A stretch of DNA of 63,941 nt, the filler included, from Octopus bimaculoides (lineage: Eukaryota): NCBI RefSeq assembly GCF_001194135.2. It is 7 parts of 7 records of this genome, joined end to end, with 100 filler letters (N's around TTAATTAATTAA, not from the genome) between each part and the next. Parts side by side here need not be neighbours in the genome. Positions count along the whole stretch, not along the records: positions 1 to 27,934 come from NC_069004.1; 6 more parts are not named here. One strand, given 5' to 3'. The notes beneath the pieces were generated by a model. It saw nothing but the letters and a program-made list of their open reading frames with translations, was not told the origin of the DNA and made no database searches. Position numbers and translations under genes: made by a program. Positions 12,852-25,887 of the stretch are shown piece by piece. Within the stretch, counting starts at the first letter, position 1, and each line of letters starts with the position of its first letter.

Positions 12852-13040
12852 CTACTCTAGGTACATGGCCTGAAATTTGCAAGGAGGAGTTCAATCGATT
12901 AGATCGACCCCAGTACGCAACTGGTGCTTAGTTTATCGACCCTAAAAGGATTAACGGCAAAGTCGATCTCGGCGGAATTTGAACTCCGAAATACTGGTGA
13001 GCATTTTGCCCGGCGTGCTAACGTTTCTGCCAGCTCGCCT
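12130..13040 (-). mobile_element. Three tandem SINE family A copies (about 12130-12335, 12370-12520, 12855-13040)
   Basis: Repeated TTATCGACCC--AAAGGAT-AA-GGCAAA and GAACTC-GAA motifs. Confidence 0.85.
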
Positions 13041-13441
13041 TATGTATATATATATATATATTTATATATTGACACAACTTGACAGCAGAATTGAATGTTA
13101 CTGATGTTTAGATTACAAGAGAGCGATAAGATTGGTTGATGAATGAGACTGCCATAACTGTTAAAGTCACCATTGTACAGTAGATCTGATTTGTCTCACG
13201 TATCTACGACAATACACACTGTGTTTTCTTGTTTGTGCCCACGTAAAACCTATCCGTTTCATATACCTTCTGAGATTCCCATAATTTATTTCTTAAATAC
13301 ATTTATTTATTATAGTTGAAAACAACATAGAGGACAATCGTGGGTGTTTTTTAAAACTTTAAATAGCTTTGAATTTTACATTTCAGAAGAATTACGTAGA
13401 AGAATGAAACTTTTTTATTATATATATTTTCTTTTATTTTA

Positions 13442-13738
13442 TTTAAAGCCTAGCCAGGCTCATGGGACCCGGTTTCCCGGTTTCTATGGCGTATGTGTTT
13501 CCCCCCAGCTGGACGGGACGCCAGTCCATCGCAGGGTTACTCAAGAAACAGGAAGAAAGGGTGACAGAAAGTTGGGGCGAAAGAGTACAAGAAGGGGCGC
13601 CACCAACCCCTGCCGGAGCCTCGTGGAGCTTTATATGTTTTGGCTCAATAAACACACACAACGCTCGGTCTAGGAATTGAAACCGCGATCCTCCGACCGC
13701 GAGTCCGTTGCCCTAATTACTGGGCCATTGCGCCTCCA
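13442..13738 (-). mobile_element. tRNA-derived SINE family D
   Basis: Minus strand TGGAGGCGCAATGGCCCAGTAATTAGGGC...GGTTTCAATTCC head. Related heads at 45510 and 51235. Confidence 0.8.
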
Positions 13739-13741
13739 CAT

Positions 13742-13813
<72 letters not shown>

Positions 13814-13857
13814 CATATATATGTATGCATGTATGCATGTATGTATGTATGTATTTA

Positions 13858-13888
<31 letters not shown>

Positions 13889-13892
13889 GTGT

Positions 13893-14105
13893 GTGTACCT
13901 CTTTTGCTTGTTTCAGTTATTAGACTGCGGCCATGCTGGGACACTGCCTTGCAGAATTTTAGTCGAACGAATCGACCCCAGTATTTATTTTTTGTAAGGA
14001 TTGATACTTCTCTTTTGATGAAACCCACTACGGGGACGTAAACACACCAACACTGGTTGTTAAGCGGTAGTGGGGGACAAATACAGACACAAAACACAGA
14101 CAGAC

Positions 14106-14169
<64 letters not shown>

Positions 14170-14215
14170 GCGATAAGCTTCTTTCAATTTCCGTCCACCA
14201 AATCCAAATGTGGAT
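13893..14215 (-). mobile_element. SINE family B (head, internal microsatellite, tail); here the internal repeat is (TATC)n
   Basis: Reverse complement of the GGATTTGGT-GACGGAAA-TGAAAGAAGC head end and of the CAGCATGGCCGCAGTC...TGAAACAAG tail. Confidence 0.8.
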
Positions 14216-15709
14216 GGAAGCAAACTTCTTATCACTCAGTCATGACTGCGCCTGAAGAATATACGAATATTACCCTGTTTTGATACAAACTTCTATAATC
14301 TCCTTACCATTCTTACTACTGTAGCCACTTCGACCGTAATAAACACCGCCTTTATTTTCACTACATTTTAGCCCAATGGGAGTGTAGTTTTCGTTTTGTT
14401 GTTTGACTCATTCACAACGACGTAGAATGAATCTTACGTGACAAGGAATTCTCTCTGAATTTACATATCACCAAATAAGAGTAAAAGAAAGAATGCATTC
14501 ATAGTTTTGGTTATTGAAAGAAAACTCTCCTTCCACCTCTCTTTCTATCTTTCTTTTTATTTTCCTCTCTTTCTTGCTTTCCTTTTTTCTTTTTCATTGT
14601 TCATGTATGTCTCTTTGTTATCGTGTGTTGGTTAGTTATGTATTCTGCGTGTGTAGGCGATGGTTACTTCAAGTATTAGTTTTCAAGTAACTTATTAACC
14701 AGTATCGTTATAATCAAAAATGTGCATTCAATAAGTTAATGGAACAACGTTCAATGAACCTAACGGTTAGGAATCAGGAATCGTCTCTATATAACTTGCT
14801 GAATAGTATTATGGAAATAGCGTAAGGATTTTAAATCACTGCATATAATTAGTATTGTTGCTCGACATTACGTATTAAGGTGGGTATCTTTTAACGAGTA
14901 CGACATAAGTATTTACATAAGAAAAATGAAAGAGGATGGGAGAGAAAACTTACTTAGACAAGAAACATCGATTCTCCTAGACACCTAATGGCTGGCCCAT
15001 TAAGTTAAGCAAATGGGAGTAAAAGCAACACGACCCGTAAAAACCTGTGATGGCTCTGCCTAAATTTGAATTGGCTGACTTGTTATTATTGTTGGCCTAC
15101 AAGTTCTAGAAACTTCGGGCAAACTGTTTAGCAGGGAAACTTGCACACTACCTTTGCAGTTTGCCGTCTGAGCAATAGATCTGCTAATGTCCATTGGTCA
15201 AGCTTTATTCACGTTGGCATTGAAACTTTTATTGCGACATTTCCCCCTTTATGGAAATACATTACTTCGTGGTTCTAGACAGGAAAAATGTGAGAGCTAT
15301 GGTTCAAATCTCAGCCGGGACGCCACAGCAGTATATTCGAATTATTGTGTCTATTGTGTATGCAATAAAAGGGTATGTATCTACGCACCGAGAGAGGATG
15401 AGAGAGAGAAAAAGTGAGAAAGACGCGCACACACAAAGACATACATAGGCTCACAGTATACACACACAGACACATACATGCACACCCAGGCGTACACATA
15501 CATATTGATATTGTGTGTGAGTGTGCTTTTAGTAGAGGGACTTTTTGGCACATTCCTGTATCTCAAAATGACTCTTTGGGGAACAATTTGACTCTCTTTC
15601 CTTCTTTCTTTCCCTCGTCCTCTCCACCAGTCAGTATCTATCTCTTCTTTTTATATTCCTCTCTCTTTCCCTCTGTTCCTCTTTCTTCCTATATACATGC
15701 ATACATACA

Positions 15710-18130
15710 ATGAGTCTTCCCAACTTGCCCGCATACTCTGGTGACGTCACACTTTGGTTTGCTCAATGAGATGCATATTTTTCCGCCCATGCTGTGCCTC
15801 ACCAACAGCAACTGAACCTTTTGCACTGTGGAATGCCTTCACCTCTTGCACGCTCAGTGAAAGATCGCATCACTGACCCACATCTGGACGCGACTTACGC
15901 GTCCGTCAAATCCGAGGTTCTCCGTCGGAAAACACAATCCGCGGAGAGTNNNNNNNNNNNNNNNNNNNNNNNNNNNNNNNNNNNNNNNNNNNNNNNNNNN
16001 NNNNNNNNNNNNNNNNNNNNNNNNNNNNNNNNNNNNNNNNNNNNNNNNNNNNNNNNNNNNNNNNNNNNNNNNNNNNNNNNNNNNNNNNNNNNNNNNNNNN
16101 NNNNNNNNNNNNNNNNNNNNNNNNNNNNNNNNNNNNNNNNNNNNNNNNNNNNNNNNNNNNNNNNNNNNNNNNNNNNNNNNNNNNNNNNNNNNNNNNNNNN
16201 NNNNNNNNNNNNNNNNNNNNNNNNNNNNNNNNNNNNNNNNNNNNNNNNNNNNNNNNNNNNNNNNNNNNNNNNNNNNNNNNNNNNNNNNNNNNNNNNNNNN
16301 NNNNNNNNNNNNNNNNNNNNNNNNNNNNNNNNNNNNNNNNNNNNNNNNNNNNNNNNNNNNNNNNNNNNNNNNNNNNNNNNNNNNNNNNNNNNNNNNNNNN
16401 NNNNNNNNNNNNNNNNNNNNNNNNNNNNNNNNNNNNNNNNNNNNNNNNNNNNNNNNNNNNNNNNNNNNNNNNNNNNNNNNNNNNNNNNNNNNNNNNNNNN
16501 NNNNNNNNNNNNNNNNNNNNNNNNNNNNNNNNNNNNNNNNNNNNNNNNNNNNNNNNNNNNNNNNNNNNNNNNNNNNNNNNNNNNNNNNNNNNNNNNNNNN
16601 NNNNNNNNNNNGGTCTCATTAAACCTAGACCTCAACCTTCGGAGGGATTTTAGGTGGGTTTTTGTTATAGCAGATCTACCATACCTCATTCTGGGCGCGG
16701 ACTTCTTTAACCACTTTCACTTGATAGTAGATGTCAGGCGACAGAGACTCGTGGACGATTCTACGTCTTTGTTTACGCCTACTCGTGTTACTACTAATGC
16801 TGTTTTCAGTCCGTCGTTGTTTGTCGCCACTGCTGGAGATCAGTTCCACTCTCTTTTGGCTTCTTTCCCAGAGCTGGTAGATCCGACTTTCAAATCAGTC
16901 AAAGTCACACACTCGACTTGCCATTATATCACTACTTCTGGACCACCCGTTTTTTCGCGTCCACGGCGATTCGCCTCTGATCGGCTCAAAAAGGCTCGAT
17001 CTGAGTTTCAGCGTTATGCGTCAACTCGACCTTATTCGCCCCTCCACCAGCCATGGGCATCTCCTCTTCATTTGGCACAGAAATGGGATTCAGATTTTCG
17101 TCCGGTGGGAGATTACAGACGTTTGAATGCGGTCACTGTTCCCGATTGCTATCCGATGAGGAATCTCCAGGAATTTTCTTCAAACTTGCATGGTTGTACT
17201 ATTTTTTCCAAGGTTGATCTCATCCGGGCTTATCATCAAGTTCCGATGAACCATGACGACATTCCAAAAACTGCCGTTACCACCCCTTTTGGAAGTTTCG
17301 AGTTCCTGTTTGAGCTTCGGTTTGCGGAATGCTATGAGTACATTCCAGAGGTTTATTGACGAAGTTGTCCGCGGACTTGACTGTGTGTTCGCTTACGTGG
17401 ATGATTTGCTCATAGCTAGTGACATGCGTGAAAATCACCTCCAACACTTATCTCAATTTTTTCAGCGTCTTCGCACATACAATGTGCGAATCAACCCCAA
17501 TAAATGTGTTTTCGGACAGACCTCTCTGAAATTCCTAGGTCATTATATCGATTCTAATGGTGTCCGACCTCTCTCCTCCAAAGTCGATGCAATTCAACGC
17601 ATCTCTCCTCCCACTTCTTTACATCAACTGTGCCATTTCTTGGGAATCGTCGACTTCTACAGGAGATTCATACCTAAATGTGCAGGCAAGTTATTTCCCT
17701 TGACTCAACTACTGAAAGCAAAANNNNNNNNNNNNNNNNNNNNNNNNNNNNNNNNNNNNNNNNNNNNNNNNNNNNNNNNNNNNNNNNNNNNNNNNNNNNN
17801 NNNNNNNNNNNNNNNNNNNNNNNNNNNGGTTCCTGATGCTTGTCTCTCTTTAACAGTTGATGCATCGGATTCTGCGGTCGGTGCCGTTTTACAACATACC
17901 GTCGATAATCAAACTCGACCTTTGGCATTCTTTCGGTTATTGTCAGTGTTCAGATTCTTTTCTCGTCAATTAAAGCCTGCTGAACGTCGTTACAGTACGT
18001 TTGATTGTGAACTCTTAGCGATCTACCTGTCGGTTCGTCATTTTCTACATCAACTCGAGGGCCGAGATCTTGTGATTTATACTGATCACAAGCTTGATTT
18101 ATACTGATCACGTTTGCTTTGTCATCTAAA
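15710..18130 (+). mobile_element. Ty3/Gypsy LTR retrotransposon, gag-protease-RT-RNase H, degenerate and lacking integrase
   Basis: gag MSLPNLPAYSGDVTLWFAQ*DAYF...; protease end ILGADFFNHFHLIVD; RT FRPVGDYRRLN, KVDLIRAYHQVP, FGLRNA, YVDDLLI, KFLGH; RNase H VDASDSAVGAVLQ, ERRYSTFDCELLA, YTDHK. Stops and frameshifts present. Confidence 0.95.
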
Positions 18131-18164
18131 TCGGACAGACGCTTGCCTCGTGCATTTCTGGAGG

Positions 18165-18375
18165 GGTGACACTCGTGGTAGGTCTTCCAGATTGTCCATC
18201 GTCTTCCAGGGACGTTCTTCCGCTTTTGAAGCACCCGTGCTACTCGAAACATTGCATACGACCCATTGCCTCGTCGCCGTAAGCTTGCCGAAACATGCTC
18301 GATATTTCTGTAGTAGATATCCCAAGCTTAACGCGAAATATCACGTTGGCTCTTCTTCCATTTGAAAAGGAAGGC
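18165..18375 (-). mobile_element. Mariner transposase N-terminal HTH fragment
   Basis: KLGISTTEISSMFRQAYGDEAMGRMQCFE*HGCFKSGRTSLEDDGQSGRPTTS. Confidence 0.85.
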
Positions 18376-19559
18376 AAGGGTTGAGAGAGATGTACTGCCC
18401 CACCACAACTCAGTAAATTTGTTGAAAAGTGGATGAACGTGGCAAGGATGATCCGAGTGACAGGGACTAATCTAAACTGGCACTTGTAGGCTGAGGGTCA
18501 CGGAGAGAGGAGCACTTACAATGGTATACTTGGTGAGTAGGGTGGCTCAGGATCTGTGGATGTTCCTTAGTTGATCCCAGGTGGTATTTACCCCTTATTG
18601 GGGACTTTCTCGATATTATCAAATATTTACACAGTTTTATGTAAATCCCACTGTCCTTTGTCTTTGTAGTATCCAAAATGTGTTTTGCTTTTTGCAGTCT
18701 TTGAGGCCAATAAAGAAAGAATTATATCATCATCATCGTCATCATTTCTTTTCACATGCATGTGCATGCCTTAATGCTTTAAAGTGTTTGGTTCATGATC
18801 ATAAGATCATGGGTTCAATTCTTGGATCAAGCAACTTCTTGTGTCCTTGAGCAAAGCACTGCATTTGCACACTGCTCCATCCTACTCAGCTCTAATGAGT
18901 ACCAGGATAGGAAAAAGCAGCGAGATTGGCAAAGTCTTCCTGGGTCAATAAGATATGTACCTAATGAGCATTGAGTCAATGTAATTGACTTACTCTCACC
19001 ACCAAAACTGCTGGCCTTGAGCCAAAATTTGAAACCAGCATTACAATTATACAGTAAAGTTGATCTGTCTCACCCACGCTTGAAATTGCTAGCTCTGTAC
19101 CAAAATTTGAAATTATTATCATTATTTGATATTAAATACTGATGTGAACTTCTCTACAAAAGTTTGAAACAACAGTAAGTTTGATATCTACAACGTTCTG
19201 ACCAGAACACAGTGTATGTCTCTTAGTCTTCATTCCACTGCAAGATGATACATGTTCTAAGCAAACAGATATTTTTTCAACGTTCATGCTGTGTTGTTGC
19301 GTAAGCAATTTCTTAGCAGCTATCAAACTGACACCAATATGGAAATTGGCACACACACTTGTGAGAACTATGAGGTGCTTTCAATACGAATATGAACTAT
19401 TTATTCTTGGTTTCACTGTAATCATTATCAAAGGAACTCAAGTGAGAGCTTAAAAGTTTAAAGAAAATTTTGATATTCAATATTCACATCGCAATGTTGT
19501 CCTAAACTTAAAAGTATATCTGTTTGTTTTAAACACGAATATATTTCAATATACTGAAT

Positions 19560-19862
19560 GGTTTCACAACTAACCCTAACGCTAAACTGAACATTGACCC
19601 TAGCCCAAAGTATGTTTATATTGCAAACCAAATAGACAAGACAGGAATCATGTTGGAGTTGCACTCAAACTTTGTTTGTAACAGACTAATTAGACATATA
19701 ATACAACTCAATATAATTACATGTAATAATTATCACCCACCAGATTCTCCAACACACATGCCTATTTGAAGTCTGCTCAAACATAACCCTAACTCTGACC
19801 TTAAACCTAACACTAAGTATAAACCTAACCTTTACCGTAACCATAAACTCAACCCTAACCTT
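19560..19862. repeat. Degenerate (CCCTAA)n-like hexamer tract
   Basis: AACCCTAAC and AAACCTAAC units at 6-nt spacing. Opposite-sense TTAGGG tracts at about 36506-36524 and 37215-37247. Confidence 0.55.
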
Positions 19863-20040
19863 ATATATCACTCTATTAATCTCTCATTCTCTCTCACTTT
19901 CTGTATAATAGACGCAGTAGGACATGGTGTTGACTCATAAAAACATTTAATATACTTTGTAGTATATTATGGTTGCATAATGAAATTCCACGTGCCTGCA
20001 ATTGTTATATATATATATTTATATATATATATATATATAT

Positions 20041-20275
20041 CATCATCATCATCATCGTTTAACGTCCGCCTTCCATGCTGGCATGGGTTGGACGATGTGA
20101 CTGAGGACTGGCGAACCAGATGGCTGCACCAGGCTCCAGTCTGATCTGGCAGAATTTCTACAGCTGGATGCCCTTCCTAACGCCAACCACTCCGAGAGTG
20201 TAGTGGGTGCTTTTACGTGCCACTAGCATGAGGGCCAGTCAGGCGGTACTGGCAACAGCCACACTCAAACACTTT
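20041..20275 (-). mobile_element. Short repeat family C ending in (GAT)n (RTE 3' UTR copy or RTE-mobilised SINE)
   Basis: GGTTGGCGTTAGGAAGGGCATCCAGCTGTAGAAA...CAACCCATGCCAGCATGGAAGGCGGACGTTAAACGATGATG. Other copies at about 21133-21384, 22871-23133, 25888-26175 (minus) and 27330-27535 (plus). Confidence 0.8.
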
Positions 20276-21984
20276 ATTTCGCGCAGCTCCAGTTCACTCA
20301 GCTACAGAAATGAGTCGCAACATCACAGGTACCAAGTTGTATTGGCCTTTGCCTTTCCCTTGGATAACATCCATAGCGTGGAGAGGGGAGGCCGGTATGC
20401 ATGGGTGACTACTGGTCTTCCATAAAACAACCTTGCCGGACTTGTGCTTCAGAGGGTAACTTTCTACATGCAATCCCATGGTCATTCATGACCGAAGAGG
20501 ATCTTTACCCTTTATCCTTTTTAATCCATCTATCCATTCTTCTAGCTATCTATCTGTCTGTCTAACTACCCAATGCTCAAACTCTTCAAACATTGCAATT
20601 TGACACTTCTTTTTACAGCTGCTTCTGCAGAATAGTCCTATTCTGTATTAAAGACAATTTCAACCTAAACCCCACCACCACCACCAAGAAAAAAAAGGGA
20701 AAGCATTTTATCTGTTTGTTCTCTGCAATACATAATGTCAAAGACATCAGTAAATACTTTTAATTAAAAAAACAATTGTGTTAGAGACCAATTGCAGAAT
20801 TTACAATGGCTACATTTCATGCATCTCAATTTTCTTTATGAGATGTGGTGAATAATTCTGTCTTAACACTGTGGGGAAATCTTTTTTAACAATAATGGTT
20901 TCAAATTTTGGCACAAGGCCAGCAATTTCAGGAACGAGGGTAAGTTGATTACATCGAGCCAAGTGTTCAACTGGTATTTATTTTATCAACCCCAAAAGGA
21001 TAAAAGGTAAAGTCAGCCTTGGCAAAATTAAAAGTGATGTGTGAAACAGCAACTATTATATTGGGATCACATTTTGGCACAAGGCTAACTATTTTTTGTG
21101 GGGTGCAGGTCAATTACATTGACCCACGTGTTCATCATCATCATCATTTAACGTCCGCTTTCCATGCTAGCATGGGTTGGACAATTTGACTGAGGACTGG
21201 TGAACCAGATGGCTACACCAGGCTCCAGTCTGATTTGGCAGAGTTTCTACAGCTGGATGCCCTTCCTAACGCCAACCACTCCAAGAGTGTAGTGGGTGCT
21301 TTTATGTGATACCAGCACGAGGGCCAGTCAGGCAGTACTGGCAACGACCACGCTCAAAATGGTGTTTTTTACGTGCCACCTGCANNNNNNNNNNNNNNNN
21401 NNNNNNNNNNNNNNNNNNNNNNNNNNNNNNNNNNNNNNNNNNNNNNNNNNNNNNNNNNNNNNNNNNNNNNNNNNNNNNNNNNNNNNNNNNNNNNNNNNNN
21501 NNNNNNNNNNNNNNNNNNNNNNNNNNNNNNNNNNNNNNNNNNNNNNNNNNNNNNNNNNNNNNNNNNNNNNNNNNNNNNNNNNNNNNNNNNNNNNNNNNNN
21601 NNNNNNNNNNNNNNNNNNNNNNNNNNNNNNNNNNNNNNNNNNNNNNNNNNNNNNNNNNNNNNNNNNNNNNNNNNNNNNNNNNNNNNNNNNNNNNNNNNNN
21701 NNNNNNNNNNNNNNNNNNNNNNNNNNNNNNNNNNNNNNNNNNNNNNNNNNNNNNNNNNNNNNNNNNNNNNNNNNNNNNNNNNNNNNNNNNNNNNNNNNNN
21801 NNNNNNNNNNNNNNNNNNNNNNNNNNNNNNNNNNNNNNNNNNNNNNNNNNNNNNNNNNNNNNNNNNNNNNNNNNNNNNNNNNNNNNNNNNNNNNNNNNNN
21901 NNNGAATAAAAAACAGATTTATATACTTTTTTTAATAAAAGAAAAAAAAAATCAAGTGAATTACCTATTACATATGTGAGAAAT

Positions 21985-22870
21985 TCTGTCTGTGGGTGTG
22001 CTTGTGGGGTTGTTAGCTAACTGCTCCTACATCATTTTATCGATTTTGATGAAACTTGATATGTGAGTAGAACTCATGTCTGGAAACCTCGTGACATACT
22101 CAGACTGTTGAAAAAAAATCAATAATCGGGCCCCTGGAAAGGATCCTTATATATATCTAATATTTTATTTTAAAAACCAAAGGAAATAACCCATTCACCC
22201 CTGGAAGGGATCCTTATATATAGATAAGGAAAATAACACATTCATTTTCCTAAATTATTTGGTAAAAATGAAATTGAGTATGCTTATTTCTTAGTATTTG
22301 AACTGTTAGAGTTATTTTCGCAATTTATCTAGTACAACCCTTAAACAAGTAAATACTATTTTCTTAAACAATAGATTCAATTATTTCGGTTAGTGACTTA
22401 TTCACAAATATACCAACACTAGCACCCCTGAGGGTAATATTCTCTGGAAATGCACAAAAGCCCTTTTCAGAATTATTTACTTTGAACTGTTATTATCTCA
22501 TATTTGATTAGCCTGTTCATGCTTCATGATTTTAGGACACATACCTTATTAGTATTTCCTCCTATGTTCTATATACTCTGGGAATGCATTAAAGCCCTTT
22601 TCAGGGGCTACTTTATTTGAATTCATACTATCGGGTAACTAATCTCATATTATTACGTAACTGACTTCACAGTTTGGGTATTCATAGCTTATTGGGAATT
22701 CCTAAAAACAAGATCCTGTGTAAGACAGTTCAGTATTCTCTGTAAATGCACAAAACTGTTTTAAGGGCTACATACTTTGTATTGTTGTTATTGGATTAGC
22801 GAAACGATTATGAGAACAGAACCAAGGGATAAGCCCTGCTTTCCCAGGAATTACCAGGTATGTCAGCTAG
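21985..22870 (+). mobile_element. Putative non-autonomous Helitron-like element
   Basis: Ends ...CCCAGGAATTACCAGGTATGTCAGCTAG|T, a CTAG terminus before T with a degenerate subterminal palindrome. Internal repeats CCCCTGGAA-GGATCCTTATATATA x2 and CTCTG-AAATGCA-AAA-C x3. Confidence 0.4.
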
Positions 22871-23612
22871 TCATCATCATCATCATCATTTAACGTCTGC
22901 TTTCCATGCTAGCATGGGTTGGACGATTTGACTGGGGACTGGCGAAGCAGATGGCTACACCAGACTCCAATCTGATTTGGCAAAGTTTCTACAGCTGGAT
23001 GCCCTTCCTAATACCAACCACTCCGAGAGTGTAGTAGGTGCTTTTTACATGCCACCGGCACGAGGGCCAGTCCGGCGGTACTGGCAACAGCCATGCTCAA
23101 ATGGTGTTTTTTATGTGCCACCTGCACAGGAGTCAGATAATTGTAAATACCAATCAGAAACAAACAAAAAAACTGTTTTTAATAATCATTAATCATTTTA
23201 TTCATTAATTCAACAAATTCATTCAGTGCTTGTTTGAGTAAGAATACTATCATCTTTTTAAATGTAATAAGGTAAAAAAAATATGAGTGATATATATAAA
23301 TATATACATTTGTATGTAGGTATGTATAAATTCATTTATGAATTAAAAGCAATGCTAATGTTGTAAACATTATCAACTGCACATACTCAATGTATGTGCA
23401 TTGCTTGTTCACTGGTCCACTGTGGTACAGCGCTCTAGTGACGGCTCTCTCATAGCACTTGGTGTTAAAACACCTGAAAGTCATAGACAGGTGAACTAGA
23501 GAACAAGTAAAACACATACATTGAGTATGCGCAGTCAATAATATATATATATACATATATATATATGTATATATATGATACTATTAAAATTTGCTATTTT
23601 TAAAATTAAATA

Positions 23613-23869
23613 TCACAGTATATATTCATCGAGTTTTCCCCAACTTGGCCCACTTTTAAGTTTGACCGGTAACCGGACAGATAATTTCATTGCTGACTCC
23701 ATCTGTGTCTGAATAATAGTGGCTGCTCTCCTCAAGTCATACAAACCAACTTCATAAATTAATTCATCATGGATCTGCAGTAAAAGATAAGCTCCTGATG
23801 GTTGGTTCAGAAAGCTGCACGGCCTCTGATTTCTTGGAGAACGGCGGCATTTCAAGAGAATTTCTCCAT
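23613..23869 (-). CDS. POLQ: DNA polymerase theta, terminal coding exon (family A polymerase motif C and C-terminus)
   Basis: Acceptor TACTTTAG| then (D)GEILLK...GAYLLLQIHDELIYEV...IIQTQMESAMKLSVRLPVKLKSGPSWGKLDEYIL*. The C-terminal pattern matches POLQ (MESAVKLSVKLKVK...G-SWG-L) better than POLN. Upstream exons were not found in this segment. Confidence 0.87.
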
Positions 23870-24175
23870 CTAAAGTACATGAGGAAAAAAAAATCATAAT
23901 TACGTTTGTTTCAGAATTGTTGAATCAGTTGAGAAGACATGCTTTGACATTGGGATGACATGCTTTGACATTGAGATTTGTCAACAGGGTTCAAATTTTG
24001 ACACCTTTCAAGTATATTACTTTTCTCCTTTCTTTAGTACATAACATTGTGTTACATGATTGCTGTCCTTGGGTAGCAACTGTTATTTCCTGTTTGCTTA
24101 TTCGTACAAAGTATGAAAAGTGGCTAATATTTCCTTCTAACTTTGCTTTTGTCCACTTTTCTCCACATGAACAGC

Positions 24176-24394
24176 TACAAAGGGGTGCTGAACAGTTCCT
24201 TGCTTTAAGGGTATCACGAAAGGCCTGGTTGGAAGCCCAACCTTCTGAGTTCTTTTACAGGGCTTAGAATAACTGAAGAACTGCTGCAATAAATGTGTGA
24301 ATCTGAAAGGGGAATATGTTGAATTAAATCATAATTAACTGATCCTCCTGCGTTTTCTTTTACCCAAAACCATGAACTTTCAACACTCCTCGTA
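24176..24394 (+). mobile_element. Mariner-derived internally deleted element
   Basis: TACAAAGGGGTGCTGAACAGTTCC...GAACTTTCAACACTCCTCGTA imperfect TIRs with TA ends. The interior resembles the transposase C-terminus (CCNKCVNLKGEYVELNHN*). Confidence 0.75.
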
Positions 24395-24481
24395 CAACAT
24401 ACATTGCACTATTAAAACTGTTATTGACTGCTAGTAGAAGTCTTGTAGGTTTCCATCTTGGCTGTCAGTCATTGAAAGTGA

Positions 24482-24800
24482 AGGTGCATAGCTTGATGGT
24501 TACGGTATATGGCTCACAATCATAAGGTCATGATTTTGATTCATAGCAGTGTATTGTGTCCTTGAGCAAGACACTTTATTTTTCCAGTCTTTATTACTCC
24601 AGTCCACCCAGCAAGCAAAAATGAGTTGTATCTGTAATTCAAAGGGTCACATTTTGTGTCATGCTGAATCTCCCTGAGAACTATGTTAAGAGTATGGGTC
24701 TCTGTGGAGTGCTCAGCCACTTGCATGTTAGTTCTACAAGCAGGCCGTTCTGTTGATCGGATCAACTAGAACCCTTGTCACTGTAACTGACAGAGTGCCA
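24482..24800 (+). mobile_element. SINE with CORE-like head (GTGTCCTTGAGCAAGACACTT) and tail E
   Basis: Tail 24637-24798 is about 80% similar by eye to 45714-45880. A related head lies at about 18770-18900. Confidence 0.7.
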
Positions 24801-24829
24801 GTTTTATATAAGTCACTAAAAATCTATTT

Positions 24830-25660
24830 GATATGTCGTCAAGGCTGTATAAATTAACTCTGCCAGTTGATGGTTTGTAAGTTTTGAACAATACTTTGAT
24901 TGCACAAACTTCATTAAAAAGCACAGTGATTCACAGGAGATTGTTGTGTTGAAAATTGATTAAAGTCACACACTAGTTTTCTTCATTTCGGGATATTTTA
25001 TTTCTGGAACTTGTTTCCAGAACTCAATTGTAGATTAGGATCATCTTTAGACCCAGGTCCTCCTGCAATTCCATTAGTTCCGTTTCCACAGCAGATGATT
25101 TCACAACTAGAGGTTTGAGAATTGGACAATAATCATTGACCATATCAACCATGAAGGGATTTACATGAAAGACGAAATAGGATTTCATCTTCTGCTAGTC
25201 ATCAAACCAGGTTAGGAAATTATCAAGCAGTCCTTGTGATTTATGTTAGTATTCTTACAGTTAGTGGTCTTTTATTTTAACATTAGGGAATGTATTTACT
25301 TTACTTTCTGAGATTGGGAAAGTCACTGAAATTTCTTGACATGTTTCTTTCAAAAGCCTTCATTTTACTCTGAAAGCTGAAAACCATTGAAGATTAGAAA
25401 TAATCTTATCCTTCCCCCTGGAGTGCCAAGTTGAGAGTTTGTAGACAATTCATTACATTAGTAATGAACATCAGATCAAGCATCCATTCATCATTTTCCA
25501 GTTGAGGGTAGAATCTTTCCTTTTCTTTAAGAAAAGTAATAATAGGTTCCAACAGAACCACAAACTGACTCAAGAAATTATTGGTTGATAGCAACCCCAC
25601 AATGCAATAGAAAAGATACACCACTGGGTCTATCTCCAAGCTCCAGATCTTCAATAAAAT
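24830..25660 (-). mobile_element. hAT (SPIN/Buster-like) transposase 3' fragment
   Basis: FLKEKERFYPQLENDEWMLDLMFITNVMNCLQTLNLALQG...AVETELMELQED...MKFVQSKYCSKLTNHQL, with stops and frameshifts. Confidence 0.75.
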
Positions 25661-25887
25661 TTCTGAACCGTCAGTGGGTCTTCCCTCTGAAGCATATAAA
25701 ATTTATAATTTGAAGGATAGATTTCATACAATCTTCATACTTGAAGTGTCCTGTGACTATGTAGTCACAATAAATAATACACCCCTTGCAAATAACATAA
25801 CCCGCCCTTTGAAATAGTTGTTTTATGTGTAGCGAGCTGTACTCTAATGTGTGTTGCACTTGTGCTTTGTGTAAAGGTGGTAGATAT

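Noticed and set aside
14248-14280. GCGCCTGAAGAATAT resembling the start of the 48864 ribozyme
   Set aside because: The GAAA half and stem III are absent; at most a fragment.
14600-15420. Unique-looking region with short ORFs (15187-15417 and an alternative frame ending ...PPLWKYITSWF*)
   Set aside because: No recognisable domain and no consistent splice partners; it cannot be supported as coding or as the Gypsy LTR.
20096-20125. CUGAGGA in family C as a hammerhead core
   Set aside because: It is followed by a CUGG-cgaa-CCAG hairpin but has no GAAA, stem III or stem I closure.
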